From NCBI GenBank assembly GCA_943354505.1, contig CALRCE010000001.1, positions 15,528 through 79,527 of the forward strand: a stretch of 64,000 bases of DNA, read 5' to 3'. This DNA comes from Candidatus Peribacteria bacterium (GTDB taxonomy: Bacteria > Patescibacteriota > Gracilibacteria > UBA1369 > 2-02-FULL-48-14). Made by a program: the position numbers and the translations under genes. Below the pieces are notes generated by a model that was given only the letters and a program-made list of their open reading frames with translations, was not told the origin of the DNA and made no database searches. Positions 9,285-19,905 of the stretch are shown here, piece by piece (the stretch's first letter is position 1; every line of letters starts with the position of its first letter).

Positions 9285-9875
9285 ATGGTTCTCGACGATC
9301 TTTTAAAGGAAGCGGATGCCCTCAAACTCAAGGGGAAGCATCACGAAGCCATTGCCCTCGCCAACAAGATGATCTTGTCGGACATGGACTATGCCGAAGC
9401 TTTCGAAGAAGTCGGCGACAACTATTTGAGCCTCAGGGAGTACGACAAGGCCATGAAAGCCCTCAAGCACTCCCTTAAGCTCCGCCCTCGAAGCCCCAAC
9501 GCTCTCTATCTTTTAGGATTTTTATACTCTTCGACCGGGGATTTTGAAAAATCCATCGAAACCTTGGAGCTCGCCAATCGAGTTCAACCTCATCATCCCG
9601 AAATTTTACGTTGCCTGGGTTGGTCCATCTTTCACTCCGGAGATCGCAAACGCGGCCTGGTGATCTTAGAAAGAGCCCGAGCCATGGCCCCCAAAGACAC
9701 GCTCATCCTCTGCGACCTCGCCGTCTGCTACCTCAATGACCGTCAATTCGAAGCCACCATCAGCTTGCTCGAAGAAGCCCTCAAACTCGAACCTGAAAAC
9801 GAAAAGGCAAAAGATTGCCTCGAAACCGCCAAATTCTTCCAACGCGAGTTCAAGAAGTTGAAGGAAAGTAAATAA
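9285..9875 (+). CDS. tetratricopeptide-repeat protein
   Basis: Several 34-aa TPR-like repeats (e.g. AEAFEEVGDNYLSLREYDKAMKALKHSLKLRP, NALYLLGFLYSSTGDFEKSIETLELANRVQP). The track start TTG 9210 lies upstream of the predicted promoter, so I prefer ATG 9285. Confidence 0.8.
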   Translation: MVLDDLLKEADALKLKGKHHEAIALANKMILSDMDYAEAFEEVGDNYLSLREYDKAMKALKHSLKLRPRSPNALYLLGFLYSSTGDFEKSIETLELANRVQPHHPEILRCLGWSIFHSGDRKRGLVILERARAMAPKDTLILCDLAVCYLNDRQFEATISLLEEALKLEPENEKAKDCLETAKFFQREFKKLKESK

Positions 9876-9938
9876 AACACTTTGGCCTACTCTTGAAAAG
9901 TAGGTTAAGCTAGAAACAATCCACTAGCCTTTTTCTTT

Positions 9939-11687
9939 ATGGAAGGAATTCTCGTCATCCTAGGACTCGCCTACTTTGCCCTGCCCATCATACTTTTATT
10001 CCTCCACTTTGGCCTTCAAAAAAAAGTGGATTATTTGATTGAGTACATCTCAACCCAGGGCCAACCGGCACAGACCCAACCACAAGTGCAAACTCCCGTA
10101 GCAAGCACTCCAACCGTAGGAACACCCATTGCTCAAGTCAGCAGCCCTGCCAACCAAGCAAACCAAGTCGCTCCAACCGAAAACGATTCTTTGGGCGAAG
10201 CCCTCACCTGGATGAAGACCGATTGGCCCATGAAAGCGGGCGCTTTCTTGGTCTTGCTCGGCTTCGGATGGCTCACCACTTATGCCTTCATGAACAATTG
10301 GATCGGCCCCATGGGTCGTATTCTCTTGGGAATCATCGGCGGAGTACTCATTCTTCTGCTGGGGCAATGGAGGAACCGAAAATCCATTCCTCAAGGAAGC
10401 GTGCTCATCGCCTTGGGCGCAAGCACCGTTCTTCTCACCGTGTTTGCCGCACGAACCGTTTACGATTTTTTCACTCCAAGCCTAGCCTTGCTCTTTATGG
10501 CCCTAGTCGTCGTCTTTGTGGCCTACTCCAGTGTTAAAAATAAAGTTCAATCTTTAGCCGTCTTAGGGCTCATCATGGGTGGCATTGTGCCCATGTTGAC
10601 CGGCTCCACAGAACCCAATTTTGTGGGACTCTTCTCTTACCTATTTGTCCTCTGCGCAGGCACACTCTGGGTGGTTAAGCTCACGGGATGGAGCGGATTG
10701 AACAATCTCGCTCTTGGATTTGTTGCGCTTTACAGCATCATCGTCACCGTGGACACACGCTACCTGCAAAACCACTCGCTTGAGATAGCCAGTGCCTTTG
10801 CCTTCGCTGCGCTTTTCTTTGCCAGTAGCACCGCACGGAGCTTAAAGAACAAACAAATAGAAGACATGGACATCGTCACCAGCAGTGGCAATGCCCTCCT
10901 TCTTTTGTTCTGGATCAACCATAGCGTTCCGGACGAATGGAAGAGTCTCACCACCGCCGCCGCCATGCTTGCCTTCTTCGTGGGGGCTTTCGTCCTTTTT
11001 CAAAAAGCTTCCCTCAAAATGGGGCTCTATGTGTACGGGAGCATCGCCTTCATTTACCTGGTGACCGCAACCCGCTTTGAAGTGATCGACAACGACACCC
11101 TCTTCATGGTGCTCTACACCTTAGAAGCTCTGGCCACCAGTGTTGGCGCTCTGGCGCTCACCAAAGATCCTCGCGTGTTCCAAATCACCTCCGCCCTCTT
11201 CCTGCCCAGCGTCATTGGTGGGGTCGCAAGCATGGGAAGCAACGAATGGTCTCAATCTGTTTTACACGTGCAAGCTCTGCTCCTTTTACTCACAACGCTC
11301 ATCTGTTTGGCACTCGCACACTACGCGTACCAGAAAAAACTCGAGATCGCCCTTCCTTTCTATGTGGTTGGAGTGGGATTCAGCGTGGCCTTTGTGTGGC
11401 TCTGTGCACACGCCCTCGTCTTTAACGCCTCCATGGAAGTCATGATTCCGCTCACGATCTACACACTCACAGGGGTCGGATTCAATTTGGGTGGAAGCGC
11501 ACAGAAAAACAGCGTGATCAAAACCACAGGTGCCATTTTGATCGGCGCCGTGATCCTTCGCCTTCTTGCCGTGGATGTGTGGGAAATGGACATCACAGGC
11601 AAGATTATCACCTTCTTTGTGATCGGTTCTTTACTGATCAGCACCGCCTTCCTCAGCAAGAAAATGGAAAAAATCGCCCATCTTTAA
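9939..11687 (+). CDS. polytopic integral membrane protein (DUF2339-like architecture)
   Basis: 582 aa. An N-terminal TM segment, a Q/P/T-rich linker, then at least 12 hydrophobic helices. The family name is from memory and unverified. Confidence 0.75.
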   Translation: MEGILVILGLAYFALPIILLFLHFGLQKKVDYLIEYISTQGQPAQTQPQVQTPVASTPTVGTPIAQVSSPANQANQVAPTENDSLGEALTWMKTDWPMKAGAFLVLLGFGWLTTYAFMNNWIGPMGRILLGIIGGVLILLLGQWRNRKSIPQGSVLIALGASTVLLTVFAARTVYDFFTPSLALLFMALVVVFVAYSSVKNKVQSLAVLGLIMGGIVPMLTGSTEPNFVGLFSYLFVLCAGTLWVVKLTGWSGLNNLALGFVALYSIIVTVDTRYLQNHSLEIASAFAFAALFFASSTARSLKNKQIEDMDIVTSSGNALLLLFWINHSVPDEWKSLTTAAAMLAFFVGAFVLFQKASLKMGLYVYGSIAFIYLVTATRFEVIDNDTLFMVLYTLEALATSVGALALTKDPRVFQITSALFLPSVIGGVASMGSNEWSQSVLHVQALLLLLTTLICLALAHYAYQKKLEIALPFYVVGVGFSVAFVWLCAHALVFNASMEVMIPLTIYTLTGVGFNLGGSAQKNSVIKTTGAILIGAVILRLLAVDVWEMDITGKIITFFVIGSLLISTAFLSKKMEKIAHL

Positions 11688-11697
11688 TTTTGACCTC

Positions 11698-12810
11698 ATG
11701 AAAAAACTCACACTGCTCTCCATCGTTCTGATCACCCTTCTAGCCCCCTTGAGCAATGCGTCGAGCGGCGTCCCCAACGACGACCTACTGAAACTCAGCA
11801 GCTTCCAAGAATACAAACTGCTGGACGAGCTGGATCTCACTGTGCCCACCGTAGTGGAACTGCCCTTTGAAGAGAACGAAGACATCGGCTTTGATTGCGC
11901 TGTTCTGAACAATGAGACTCAAGAGTTTTTGCCATGGATCATCAAAACCGTATCCGACTCCGTGGCCGTGACAAGCACCACTCCCGAACTGGTGGACGGC
12001 AGCACAAAAACCTCAGTGGAATACCAAGTCCCCGAGCAAGGTCCGGGCCTCGCAGCATTGAGTTTTTCAAGTGACACGGCCATCACTTCCAGCAGCCTGC
12101 ACTTCACTTTAGACCCCTATGTGGCCTTACCCACAAGCGTCAAACTTTCTGTTCTGAACGACGATGGAAGTGAAAAAATCATCATCTCCACCACTAAAAT
12201 GACGAGCACGAGTCTCAGCTTCCCCTCCACCACCGCAAAGGAATGGAAAGTGGAACTCAGCTACAGCCAATTCTTAAGAATCAACGAAGTGGAACTGGGT
12301 CAAAGCAACACCAAGGTGCAAAAGAGCCTTCGCTTCCTCGCTCAACCCGACAGCAGCTACACCGTTTACTTCAATGCAGATGCCGCAGTATCCATCCTCA
12401 CCTCTGAAGCAGGAGACCTCAATAGCAATAAGGGGGTTCAAACGCTCGAAGCCCTTGCGAGCACAGCCAATCCTTCCTACCAAAAAACCGACAGCGATGA
12501 AGATGGCATCCCCAACGAAAACGACAACTGTGTGAATCTTGCAAATCCCGATCAAACCGACGAAGACGGAAACGGACGTGGGAACGAATGTGACGACTAC
12601 GACCGAGATGGCATCCTGAATGTGAAAGACAACTGCCCCAACGACCCCAATAAAGCCCAAGAAGACACCGATGGCGACCTTATCGGCGACACTTGCGATT
12701 CCGAAGAAAGTCGCCTCACCGAGCAATACCCTTGGCTGCCCTGGCTGGGCTTAGGTGGAGCGGCTCTCATCATTGGAGCTTTGTTTTATTCGACAGCGAG
12801 GAAGAAATAA
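11698..12810 (+). CDS. secreted, C-terminally membrane-anchored protein with thrombospondin type-3 (calcium-binding) repeats
   Basis: Signal peptide [26 protein letters not shown]3-type repeats [71 protein letters not shown]-terminal TM segment [16 protein letters not shown]. Confidence 0.75.
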   Translation: MKKLTLLSIVLITLLAPLSNASSGVPNDDLLKLSSFQEYKLLDELDLTVPTVVELPFEENEDIGFDCAVLNNETQEFLPWIIKTVSDSVAVTSTTPELVDGSTKTSVEYQVPEQGPGLAALSFSSDTAITSSSLHFTLDPYVALPTSVKLSVLNDDGSEKIIISTTKMTSTSLSFPSTTAKEWKVELSYSQFLRINEVELGQSNTKVQKSLRFLAQPDSSYTVYFNADAAVSILTSEAGDLNSNKGVQTLEALASTANPSYQKTDSDEDGIPNENDNCVNLANPDQTDEDGNGRGNECDDYDRDGILNVKDNCPNDPNKAQEDTDGDLIGDTCDSEESRLTEQYPWLPWLGLGGAALIIGALFYSTARKK

Positions 12811-12828
12811 GAGGACGATCCAAGCCCG

Positions 12829-12857
12829 TTGCCAAACGACAGTAGATGACGTACTAT
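12829..12857 (+). promoter_or_regulatory. candidate promoter of rnpB (TTGCCA-N17-TACTAT)
   Basis: -35 at 12829-12834 and -10 at 12852-12857. The predicted TSS at about 12864 coincides with the 5' strand of helix P1. Confidence 0.55.
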
Positions 12858-12863
12858 AACCCT

Positions 12864-13266
12864 TGCTTCCGCGTGATCGCGAAGTTCTGGCCTTGGTCAA
12901 AACTTCGAGGAAAGTCCGAGCAAGATCAGGCAGGAAAGCCGCTAACGGCGGCCGTGCGTTGACCTAAAAAACAGCGCATAGGGAAAGTGCCACAGAGACG
13001 AGTAACGTTAAACGCCCCCTCTGCTAGAGCCCTCGGGTTCGGGCACGGGGAGCCCCTTCGTAAGGAGGACGGCTCGGTAAACCCTTTTCCTTGCAAGGTG
13101 AGATTGGAGAGTTGGAATCGGCGGCCTGTCGCCCCAATTCGCTCACCGCCACGAGCGCTTCAGCAATGAAACGCCCAGAGAGATGATCACGACCGAAGGG
13201 GAGTGACCCGAGCGTAAGCGAGGGATCACCACCATTCGGTACAGAACTCGGCTTATAGGAAGCACC
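12864..13266 (+). ncRNA. rnpB: RNase P RNA, bacterial type A
   Basis: P4 strands GAGGAAAGUCCGAGC (12907-12921) and ACAGAACUCGGCUUAU (13241-13256). Conserved modules GGGAAAGUGCCACAGAGA and GGUAAACCC are present. P1 UGCUUCC/GGAAGCA pairs 12864-12870 with 13258-13264, P2 is GUGAUC/GAUCAC, and the P3 hairpin is GAAGUU...AACUUC. End positions are accurate to a few nt. Confidence 0.9.
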
Positions 13267-13275
13267 ATCAAAGAG

Positions 13276-13299
13276 ACCTCCTCAACGGGAGGTTTTTTT
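13276..13299 (+). terminator. intrinsic terminator of rnpB
   Basis: Stem ACCUCC/GGAGGU (13276-13281 / 13288-13293), 6-nt loop, T7 run 13293-13299. Confidence 0.8.
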
Positions 13300-13313
13300 G
13301 TTAACATGGCGAC

Positions 13314-14756
13314 ATGAAACGTTCCGAAATCGCTTTCGCGCTGCTCCGCATTCCCCTGGATTTTGCCATGACCGTGGCCGGAATCTTGGTGGGTTACCGT
13401 TTACGCGTCGAAGGAGACTTCATTCCGGGAGTGAATTTTGTAATCACCAATGCCAACCTGCTCCCCATCGAAGATTATTTTCAGATCAGTCTCTTGTTTG
13501 GGGCGCTCCTGGTCTTAGTCTTTGCCTTCTTTGGGCTCTACGACATGAAGAACACCGAGGGTCCCCTGCGTGAATCCCGCCGAGTCGCCAAACATTCTGT
13601 GGTTTGGTTTTTGGTGGTGATGACCTACTTCTTTTTGACACGAAAAATCTTTTTCTCGCGCTTAGTGCTCATCTACGGGTTCCTCTTCACGCTGGTTTTT
13701 GTGATTTTAGCGCGCCTCATTCTGCGCCAGATCGAACGTTCCTTCTTAAAACACGACATCGGACGACGAAACATCCTGCTCATCGGTTCCAATAAAATCG
13801 CCAGTCGCCTCTCAAGCGCCCTGCGAAAGGACCCACACTACAACGTAAAAGGTTATCTTTCCGAACGCAGTCGTGAGATCGAAGGACTTAAAAAACTGGG
13901 CTCCCTCAAAGACCTGCATCGCATCGTGAAAAACAAAGCCATAGACTCGGTGATCCTGACCGACCAAAATCTCACCGAAGTTCAAGATCAGCAAATCCTG
14001 CGATTCTGCCAAGAAAACCACATTGAATACCGCTTTGTGCCCGAAATTTTGGAAGTGGAGCGCTCCAACATCGACATCGAACCCATCGCCGGTTTCCCCG
14101 TGATCCACCTCAAACCCACGCCCTTGGACGGCTGGGGCCGCATCAGCAAACGGAGTTTCGACATAGTCATCAGCAGCCTCGCCTTGCTCGCCCTCTCCCC
14201 CGTCTTTGCCGTGATCGCCTTGGGCATCAAACGCGACTCAAAAGGACCCGTGTTCTTCAGCAAATTGGAAGATAAAAGCCCTGCCGAACGGGTGGGACAA
14301 AATGGCAAACCCTTCACGTTCTACAAGTTCCGAACCATGCAACACAACACCCATCATTTGCGCTTCACCGAACTCGCAGACAAGAGCCATAGAAAAGGCC
14401 CTCTGCTCAAAATCAAAAACGACCCTCGCATCACCCCTTTTGGCAAATTCCTGCGCAGAACCAGCCTCGACGAACTCCCCAATTTGTGGAACGTATTTAA
14501 AGGAGATATGAGCCTCGTGGGTCCTCGTCCTCACCTACCAGAAGAAGTGGAAAAATACGAAGATCCCGCTCGCTTCTTGCTCACCATCAAACCCGGAATC
14601 ACCGGGCTCAGCCAAATTTCTGGCCGCAGCGACCTCGACTTCGAAGAAGAAGTACGCCTCGACAGCTACTACATCAAACACTGGTCCCTGTGGATAGACC
14701 TTAAAATTCTCATCAAAACCGTGTTTGTAGTTTTCGGTGGGAAAGCCGCCGATTGA
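13314..14756 (+). CDS. polyprenyl-phosphate sugar-1-phosphate transferase (WbaP/EpsB-type priming glycosyltransferase)
   Basis: 480 aa. N-terminal TM helices and a C-terminal bacterial sugar transferase domain: [65 protein letters not shown]. Confidence 0.9.
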   Translation: MKRSEIAFALLRIPLDFAMTVAGILVGYRLRVEGDFIPGVNFVITNANLLPIEDYFQISLLFGALLVLVFAFFGLYDMKNTEGPLRESRRVAKHSVVWFLVVMTYFFLTRKIFFSRLVLIYGFLFTLVFVILARLILRQIERSFLKHDIGRRNILLIGSNKIASRLSSALRKDPHYNVKGYLSERSREIEGLKKLGSLKDLHRIVKNKAIDSVILTDQNLTEVQDQQILRFCQENHIEYRFVPEILEVERSNIDIEPIAGFPVIHLKPTPLDGWGRISKRSFDIVISSLALLALSPVFAVIALGIKRDSKGPVFFSKLEDKSPAERVGQNGKPFTFYKFRTMQHNTHHLRFTELADKSHRKGPLLKIKNDPRITPFGKFLRRTSLDELPNLWNVFKGDMSLVGPRPHLPEEVEKYEDPARFLLTIKPGITGLSQISGRSDLDFEEEVRLDSYYIKHWSLWIDLKILIKTVFVVFGGKAAD

Positions 14757-14778
14757 TTTGTAAGAAAAAACATATCAT

Positions 14779-15792
14779 ATGCAAAAAACCCTCAACCTAG
14801 TCTTTCTCGGAGCTGTAATACTGAGCAGTTGTCAAACAAGCCCAGACACAATCTACATACAGCCCGATGAAGTACTTTCAGATGAAGAAAAAACTCTCTC
14901 CGAAAGCAACGTACTCTTCACCCTCAACACTCAAGAATTCATTTCCAGCGAAGAAAGCATCGAGACCGTGAACCGCGTGATCGATATTCATGAGAAGTAC
15001 AAGGTACCGGTAGACATTTACTTAGACGGAACCATCCTCCAAACCTATCTAGACGAAGCACCCGAGCTCATTGAACGACTCAAAAGCTCTTCAGTCGTCA
15101 GTGTCTCCTACCACGCTCGTCCTCCCATGCCCTACTACAACGACTACGAGTGGATGGATTTTGACGCCATGAGCGATGCAGAAATTGAAGCAGTGGTTGA
15201 GAAATACGGCACTCACGAAATCGACCCAGAAACAGGTGAAACCACAGATCAAGCGGGTGGATTCACTTACTTTGAAGAAGTGTTTGGCTACGCCCCTCCC
15301 GCCGCAGCGACCCCCACCAATGGAACCACCGGCCCTTTTGTTAAAAGTTACTTCGCCGAAAACGGTGCCAGCTTCCTCGTGGAAAACGACAGAGACTACA
15401 GCTGGGGCAGCACAAAAGACGGAATACCCGTGCGCCCTGAAGATGTTGAAGTAAAACTGTTTGAGCGAACAGACGAAACTCCAGAAGAAATTTTCGCAGA
15501 GCTAGATGCGCTCTCAGACAGCGGGCCCTACTTTATGAACATCAAAGTTCACGACAATGACTTCATAACCGATGAATCCGCTTGGGTCAGCATTTACGTG
15601 GCAAACAAAAAAGCAAACCATAAGCAACTCACTCCACCTTTTGATCTCAGCAAAGGGGAAGACAGGGCACTGCTCAGCACAACCGAATCCGAAGAACTAT
15701 GGTCAGCCTACGAAGCCTGCGTAAAATACGCCAGTGAAAACACAGACCAGTACACACTGTGGAACATGAAAGAGTTGGCCGAAGAGCTCTAA
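14779..15792 (+). CDS. hypothetical lipoprotein
   Basis: Lipobox LSSC (Cys18) after a hydrophobic signal. Acidic mature protein, fold not recognised. Confidence 0.7.
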   Translation: MQKTLNLVFLGAVILSSCQTSPDTIYIQPDEVLSDEEKTLSESNVLFTLNTQEFISSEESIETVNRVIDIHEKYKVPVDIYLDGTILQTYLDEAPELIERLKSSSVVSVSYHARPPMPYYNDYEWMDFDAMSDAEIEAVVEKYGTHEIDPETGETTDQAGGFTYFEEVFGYAPPAAATPTNGTTGPFVKSYFAENGASFLVENDRDYSWGSTKDGIPVRPEDVEVKLFERTDETPEEIFAELDALSDSGPYFMNIKVHDNDFITDESAWVSIYVANKKANHKQLTPPFDLSKGEDRALLSTTESEELWSAYEACVKYASENTDQYTLWNMKELAEEL

Positions 15793-15806
15793 ATAATCTT
15801 TTCACT

Positions 15807-16892
15807 TTAGAACCTGTCCACTAAACGGGCCACGGTGAGGAGTGAATTCTTATTTTCAGCGGTAATATAGCTGGTGGAATATTCTTGAGGTTTGCAGCCA
15901 TTCGGTCCTGCATAAGCACCTGCGATAGCTTGATACGCTCCGCTATGCTTTAGTGAGAATTCTCGCATAACAGCCGCTGGATCAGATCCTAGTTGACGAT
16001 CTGCAATTCCCTTAAGGGATTCACTTACTTGAATCCCACTGTTTAAAAATTTTGCCGCACGACAGTCCGTTTCAGGGAATTGAACGCTCACTTTGAGCGT
16101 AGTGGCCCCATTTAAATCGATATCAGCAACCCAGGAGACAGCTATGCTGGGAGAAAGCGCGCCAGTAGATACTTTTTTGCGAATTCCCAACCCTCCGGCA
16201 ACGATATAATCCGTAAGGAAATCGCCGTCATCAACATGAGCAGCAAAGACCCAATTGTCTCTTAAATATTTTGAGTTATCCCTCCCACCACTGATAGTGA
16301 CCGAGTAAGGGCTCCAAGCCTCGTAAGTCAATCTCATCCCCACTGCTTCTTTTGGTTGAACTGGAAAGCCAATCGGAGCACTTAGGTCCCGCCAAACCAA
16401 AAAAGTTTTACCGCGCCCTTTTTCATGAGTGCTTGGCCCTGTCCATTGTCCATCGTATTTTGGATCTAATATCTGCAGAAAATCTTCATCCAGAAAACGG
16501 GTTACTCCCAATGGCAGACCTGGTCCACCAGACTCATTGAGCACTTCTGCAGCTATTTGAGCAAAGGCAAGGGTCAGTGCAGTAGGTTCCGACGGAACAG
16601 AGTCTGTGGGTTCTGAAGTAGAATACATAGCCAAAGGGCCCTCTCCCGCTTGACCACGAACAAACATGGCATCACCACCACTCAATGCGGAAGAGTTGTA
16701 TTGGTTCAAACTCTCCAACAAATCTAGTAACCTCCATCTTTCTCCGATATCACCAATGTCAAACCATTCTAGAGCCAAACCCGCTTTCGAAAGTTCACGC
16801 GAAACACGCAGGGTTTCTGGCTTTGCCGCCACATCATTTGCCAGTGTGGCTAGAAGGGCGACGGTCCCTAAGGTGGCAATGGGTGCTTTCAT
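15807..16892 (-). CDS. hypothetical secreted protein
   Basis: 361 aa. Signal peptide MKAPIATLGTVALLATLANDVAA/KPE. No motif recognised. Confidence 0.7.
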   Translation of the reverse strand: MKAPIATLGTVALLATLANDVAAKPETLRVSRELSKAGLALEWFDIGDIGERWRLLDLLESLNQYNSSALSGGDAMFVRGQAGEGPLAMYSTSEPTDSVPSEPTALTLAFAQIAAEVLNESGGPGLPLGVTRFLDEDFLQILDPKYDGQWTGPSTHEKGRGKTFLVWRDLSAPIGFPVQPKEAVGMRLTYEAWSPYSVTISGGRDNSKYLRDNWVFAAHVDDGDFLTDYIVAGGLGIRKKVSTGALSPSIAVSWVADIDLNGATTLKVSVQFPETDCRAAKFLNSGIQVSESLKGIADRQLGSDPAAVMREFSLKHSGAYQAIAGAYAGPNGCKPQEYSTSYITAENKNSLLTVARLVDRF

Positions 16893-17025
16893 TTTTAACG
16901 AGTGAGAATCAAAAGTCCCCGGCGGCTTCCTTGTTAGGAAACCTCCAGGTTGGAGAGAAGGGGCTTATCCCTTTTACCCCTTTTTAGACAGGTGGGGCAC
17001 GTGTCCTGTGAACCGAGCGGAATAC
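16893..17025 (-). promoter_or_regulatory. structured ~130-nt 5' leader (or independent small RNA) with three hairpins, the last terminator-like
   Basis: Minus-strand RNA predicted from the promoter at 17032-17059. Hairpins: ACAGG..CCUGU (17009-16988), AAGGGG..CCCCUU (16982-16958), and a 13-bp helix CCUGG(A)GGUUUCCU-AACA-AGGAAGCC(G)CCGGG (16949-16918) followed by ACUUUU, 18 nt before the ATG. G-U pairs make the helices valid only on the minus-strand transcript. Confidence 0.4.
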
Positions 17026-17031
17026 GAAAAG

Positions 17032-17059
17032 ATTATAGCAATATATTCTGCTTCGTCAA
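17032..17059 (-). promoter_or_regulatory. candidate strong promoter (TTGACG-N16-TATAAT) reading toward 15807..16892
   Basis: On the minus strand, -35 is at 17059-17054 and -10 at 17037-17032. Confidence 0.55.
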
Positions 17060-17155
17060 TAAAATTGTTTTACCACAATAAAACGCCACAGGCACAAAGC
17101 AAATCCCCAAGACACAAACCACTCTGCGTGCTAAACTGCGCCCACACGTAAAATT

Positions 17156-19900
17156 ATGCTTAAAAAATTCATCACTGCCCTCATCGGAGACCCCGAACAA
17201 AAGACCATCAAGCGCATGCGCAAGGTCGTGGAAGAAATCAATAAAATTGAGGAAAAATACCAGCTTGAACTCACCGACGAACAAGTCCCTCTCAAAACCC
17301 AAGAATTCCGCGATCGCATTGCTGCGGGTGAAAGTTTAGACGCCCTCCTGCCTGAAGCCTTTGCCTTGGTTAAGAACGCCGCTCGTCGCCTCGTGGGCAA
17401 ATCCTGGATGGTGCGTGGCATCGAGCAAAAATGGGACATGATCCATTACGATGTGCAGCTCATCGGAGGAATGGTGCTTCACGAAGGGAAGATCGCCGAA
17501 ATGCGAACGGGAGAAGGAAAAACCCTCGTTTGTTCCCTCTCGGTATACCTCAACGCCCTCGCAGGGAAAGGAGTGCATGTCATCACGGTCAACGACTACC
17601 TCGCTCAACGTGACGCCGAATGGATCGGAGGCCTCTACAAATTCCTGGGCATGAGCATTGGGGTCGTGGTTCACGACCAACCCCGCGATGAAAAAAAAGC
17701 CGCCTACGCTGCCGACATCACCTACGGAACCAACAACGAATACGGCTTCGACTACTTGCGGGACAACATGGCTCCCAACAAAGAGTCCCTCGTCCAACGC
17801 GACCTTCACTACGCCATTGTGGACGAAGTGGACAGCATTCTCGTGGACGAAGCCCGCACCCCGCTCATCATTTCTGCTCCCGCCGAAGAATCCACCGAAA
17901 AATACATCAGCTACTCCAAAATGGTGAAGCTGCTCGAAGCCAACACCCACTACAATGTGGATGAGAAACAACGCGTCGCCACCCTCACCGAAGAAGGCAT
18001 TCGAAAGATGGAAGAGATGCTCGGCGTTGAAAACATTTACACCGAAAAAGGCTTCGAAGAAGTACATCACATCGAACAAGCGCTGCGCGCCAACGCCGTC
18101 TACAAAAAAGACGTGGATTACATGATTCGCAACGACGAAATCATCATCGTGGACGAGTTCACAGGCCGTCTCATGACCGGCCGCCGTTACGGACAAGGTT
18201 TGCACCAAGCCATCGAAGCCAAAGAAGGCATGCCCATCAAACGCGAAAGCAAAACATTGGCCACCATCACCTTCCAAAACTATTTCCGCATGTTCCAAAA
18301 ACTCGCGGGAATGACGGGGACCGCCAAGACCGAAGAAGAAGAATTCGGAGCGATTTATGGACTCGAAGTGGTGCAAATCCCCACCAACAAACCCATCCAA
18401 CGTGTGGATAAATCGGATGCGATTTACAAATCCGAGAAAGGCAAATTCAAAGCCATTGCCACTCGCGTCAACGAGCTACATGAAAAGGGCCAACCTGTTT
18501 TGATTGGAACTATCTCCGTAGAAAAATCCGAAAAGCTCTCCAAAGTTTTACAAGAAGAGGGCATCTCCCACAGCGTGCTCAACGCCAAATACCATGAAAA
18601 GGAAGCGGAAATCGTCGCCAACGCCGGACAACGCGGATCCGTGACCATCGCCACGAACATGGCCGGTCGTGGAACCGACATCAAGCTGGGTGAAGGCGTA
18701 GCCGACCTCGGTGGACTCGTGATCATCGGGAGCGAGCGTCACGAATCTCGCCGTATCGACAATCAGCTTCGTGGACGTGCCGGACGTCAAGGCGATCCTG
18801 GAATGAGCCAGTTCTATGTGTCCATGGAAGACGACCTCATGCGCATTTTCGGCGGAGACCGAATGAAGAGTTTGATGGAACGCATGGGCCTCCCCGAAGA
18901 CATGCCCATCGAAAACAAAATCATCAGCCGTTCGCTCGAAAGCGCTCAAAGCAAAGTGGAAGGCCACAACTTCGACATCCGCAAACACCTCGTGGAATAC
19001 GACACCGTGATGAACACTCACCGCGACATCATCTATAAAAAACGCCGCGCCATTTTAGAAAGCGAAAGCCTCAAAAACGAAGCGCTGCTACTCATGGAAA
19101 CCGAAGTCGAAAAAATCGTGCTTTCTCATCCCGACAATGTGAAAGAAATCTGGGAAACAGTGAATGCCTTGCACCGCAGCCCCGTGAAGCCGACTGCACT
19201 CGAAACGCTCGCACCGATGACACAGGAAGAACGCATCGATACTCTCAAAAAATACTTGGAAGCCGAGTATTTAGAGAAAGAAAAAAACCTTCCCGATCCC
19301 AGCATTTTGCGTCGCGCCGAACGCGCGATTTTCCTTCGCACCGTGGACATGCTCTGGATGCGTCACATCGACGAACTCAAAGACCTGCGCGAAGCCGTTT
19401 CCCTCAGCGGTTACGGACAGCGCGATCCACTCGTCGAATACAAGAATCAATCCTTTGGTCTCTTTGAAGAACTCATGGAAAAGATCGATCGCACGACTCT
19501 CACCAGCCTCTTCCATGTGAAGATCAACGTGCAGCTCGTGAACAAGCCTGCCGCCCCTGCGGTGAACGCCGAAGGAGAACCGGTCAAAATCAGAACCAAC
19601 GAAGAACAAATCGAACGGAACTTAGAAGAACCTTCTCTCGAAAAGCCGGAAGCACAAATGCCTCAACACGGCGTGGGAGAACCTCATAGGGTGATGCCCG
19701 TCCAGCGAACAGCCATCGAAATGCCCGTGAGCGAACCCAGCGTTCGAGTGATCTCGGCCAAAACGGGTCAACCCGTCGTCTCCGACTCCGACCTCATCGC
19801 TCCCACCAGCAGCCTAGCCGCCAAGTTCCCGGATGCAGGCCGCAACGACCCTTGCCCTTGTGGGAGTGGGAAAAAGTTTAAGAAATGTCACGGAGCTTAG
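17156..19900 (+). CDS. secA: preprotein translocase ATPase SecA
   Basis: 914 aa. MRTGEGKTL (Walker A), DEVDSILVDEARTPLIIS, TNMAGRGTDI, and the C-terminal zinc finger CPCGSGKKFKKCHG. Confidence 0.97.
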   Translation: MLKKFITALIGDPEQKTIKRMRKVVEEINKIEEKYQLELTDEQVPLKTQEFRDRIAAGESLDALLPEAFALVKNAARRLVGKSWMVRGIEQKWDMIHYDVQLIGGMVLHEGKIAEMRTGEGKTLVCSLSVYLNALAGKGVHVITVNDYLAQRDAEWIGGLYKFLGMSIGVVVHDQPRDEKKAAYAADITYGTNNEYGFDYLRDNMAPNKESLVQRDLHYAIVDEVDSILVDEARTPLIISAPAEESTEKYISYSKMVKLLEANTHYNVDEKQRVATLTEEGIRKMEEMLGVENIYTEKGFEEVHHIEQALRANAVYKKDVDYMIRNDEIIIVDEFTGRLMTGRRYGQGLHQAIEAKEGMPIKRESKTLATITFQNYFRMFQKLAGMTGTAKTEEEEFGAIYGLEVVQIPTNKPIQRVDKSDAIYKSEKGKFKAIATRVNELHEKGQPVLIGTISVEKSEKLSKVLQEEGISHSVLNAKYHEKEAEIVANAGQRGSVTIATNMAGRGTDIKLGEGVADLGGLVIIGSERHESRRIDNQLRGRAGRQGDPGMSQFYVSMEDDLMRIFGGDRMKSLMERMGLPEDMPIENKIISRSLESAQSKVEGHNFDIRKHLVEYDTVMNTHRDIIYKKRRAILESESLKNEALLLMETEVEKIVLSHPDNVKEIWETVNALHRSPVKPTALETLAPMTQEERIDTLKKYLEAEYLEKEKNLPDPSILRRAERAIFLRTVDMLWMRHIDELKDLREAVSLSGYGQRDPLVEYKNQSFGLFEELMEKIDRTTLTSLFHVKINVQLVNKPAAPAVNAEGEPVKIRTNEEQIERNLEEPSLEKPEAQMPQHGVGEPHRVMPVQRTAIEMPVSEPSVRVISAKTGQPVVSDSDLIAPTSSLAAKFPDAGRNDPCPCGSGKKFKKCHGA

Positions 19901-19905
19901 CTCTC

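Noticed and set aside
12987-13169. 60-aa ORF in the 12.8-13.3 kb gap
   Set aside because: It lies inside the RNase P RNA, whose conserved helices account for the sequence.
16917-16949. Possible SRP (4.5S) RNA, because AAGGAAGCCGCC resembles the GGAAGCAGCC motif of domain IV
   Set aside because: The helix is almost continuously paired and lacks the symmetric and asymmetric internal loops and the GNAR tetraloop of SRP domain IV. The 5' and 3' ends do not pair. I keep it only as an unassigned structured leader.
17149-17154. TAAAAT box immediately upstream of secA as its promoter
   Set aside because: It ends 1 nt before the ATG, so transcription would start inside the gene. The conserved SecA N-terminus (MLKKFITALIG...KRMRKVVEEIN) confirms ATG 17156.
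17336-18400. 354-aa ORF antisense to secA
   Set aside because: It is a shadow frame with the same compositional artefact as the ORFs opposite ftsH and ftsK.
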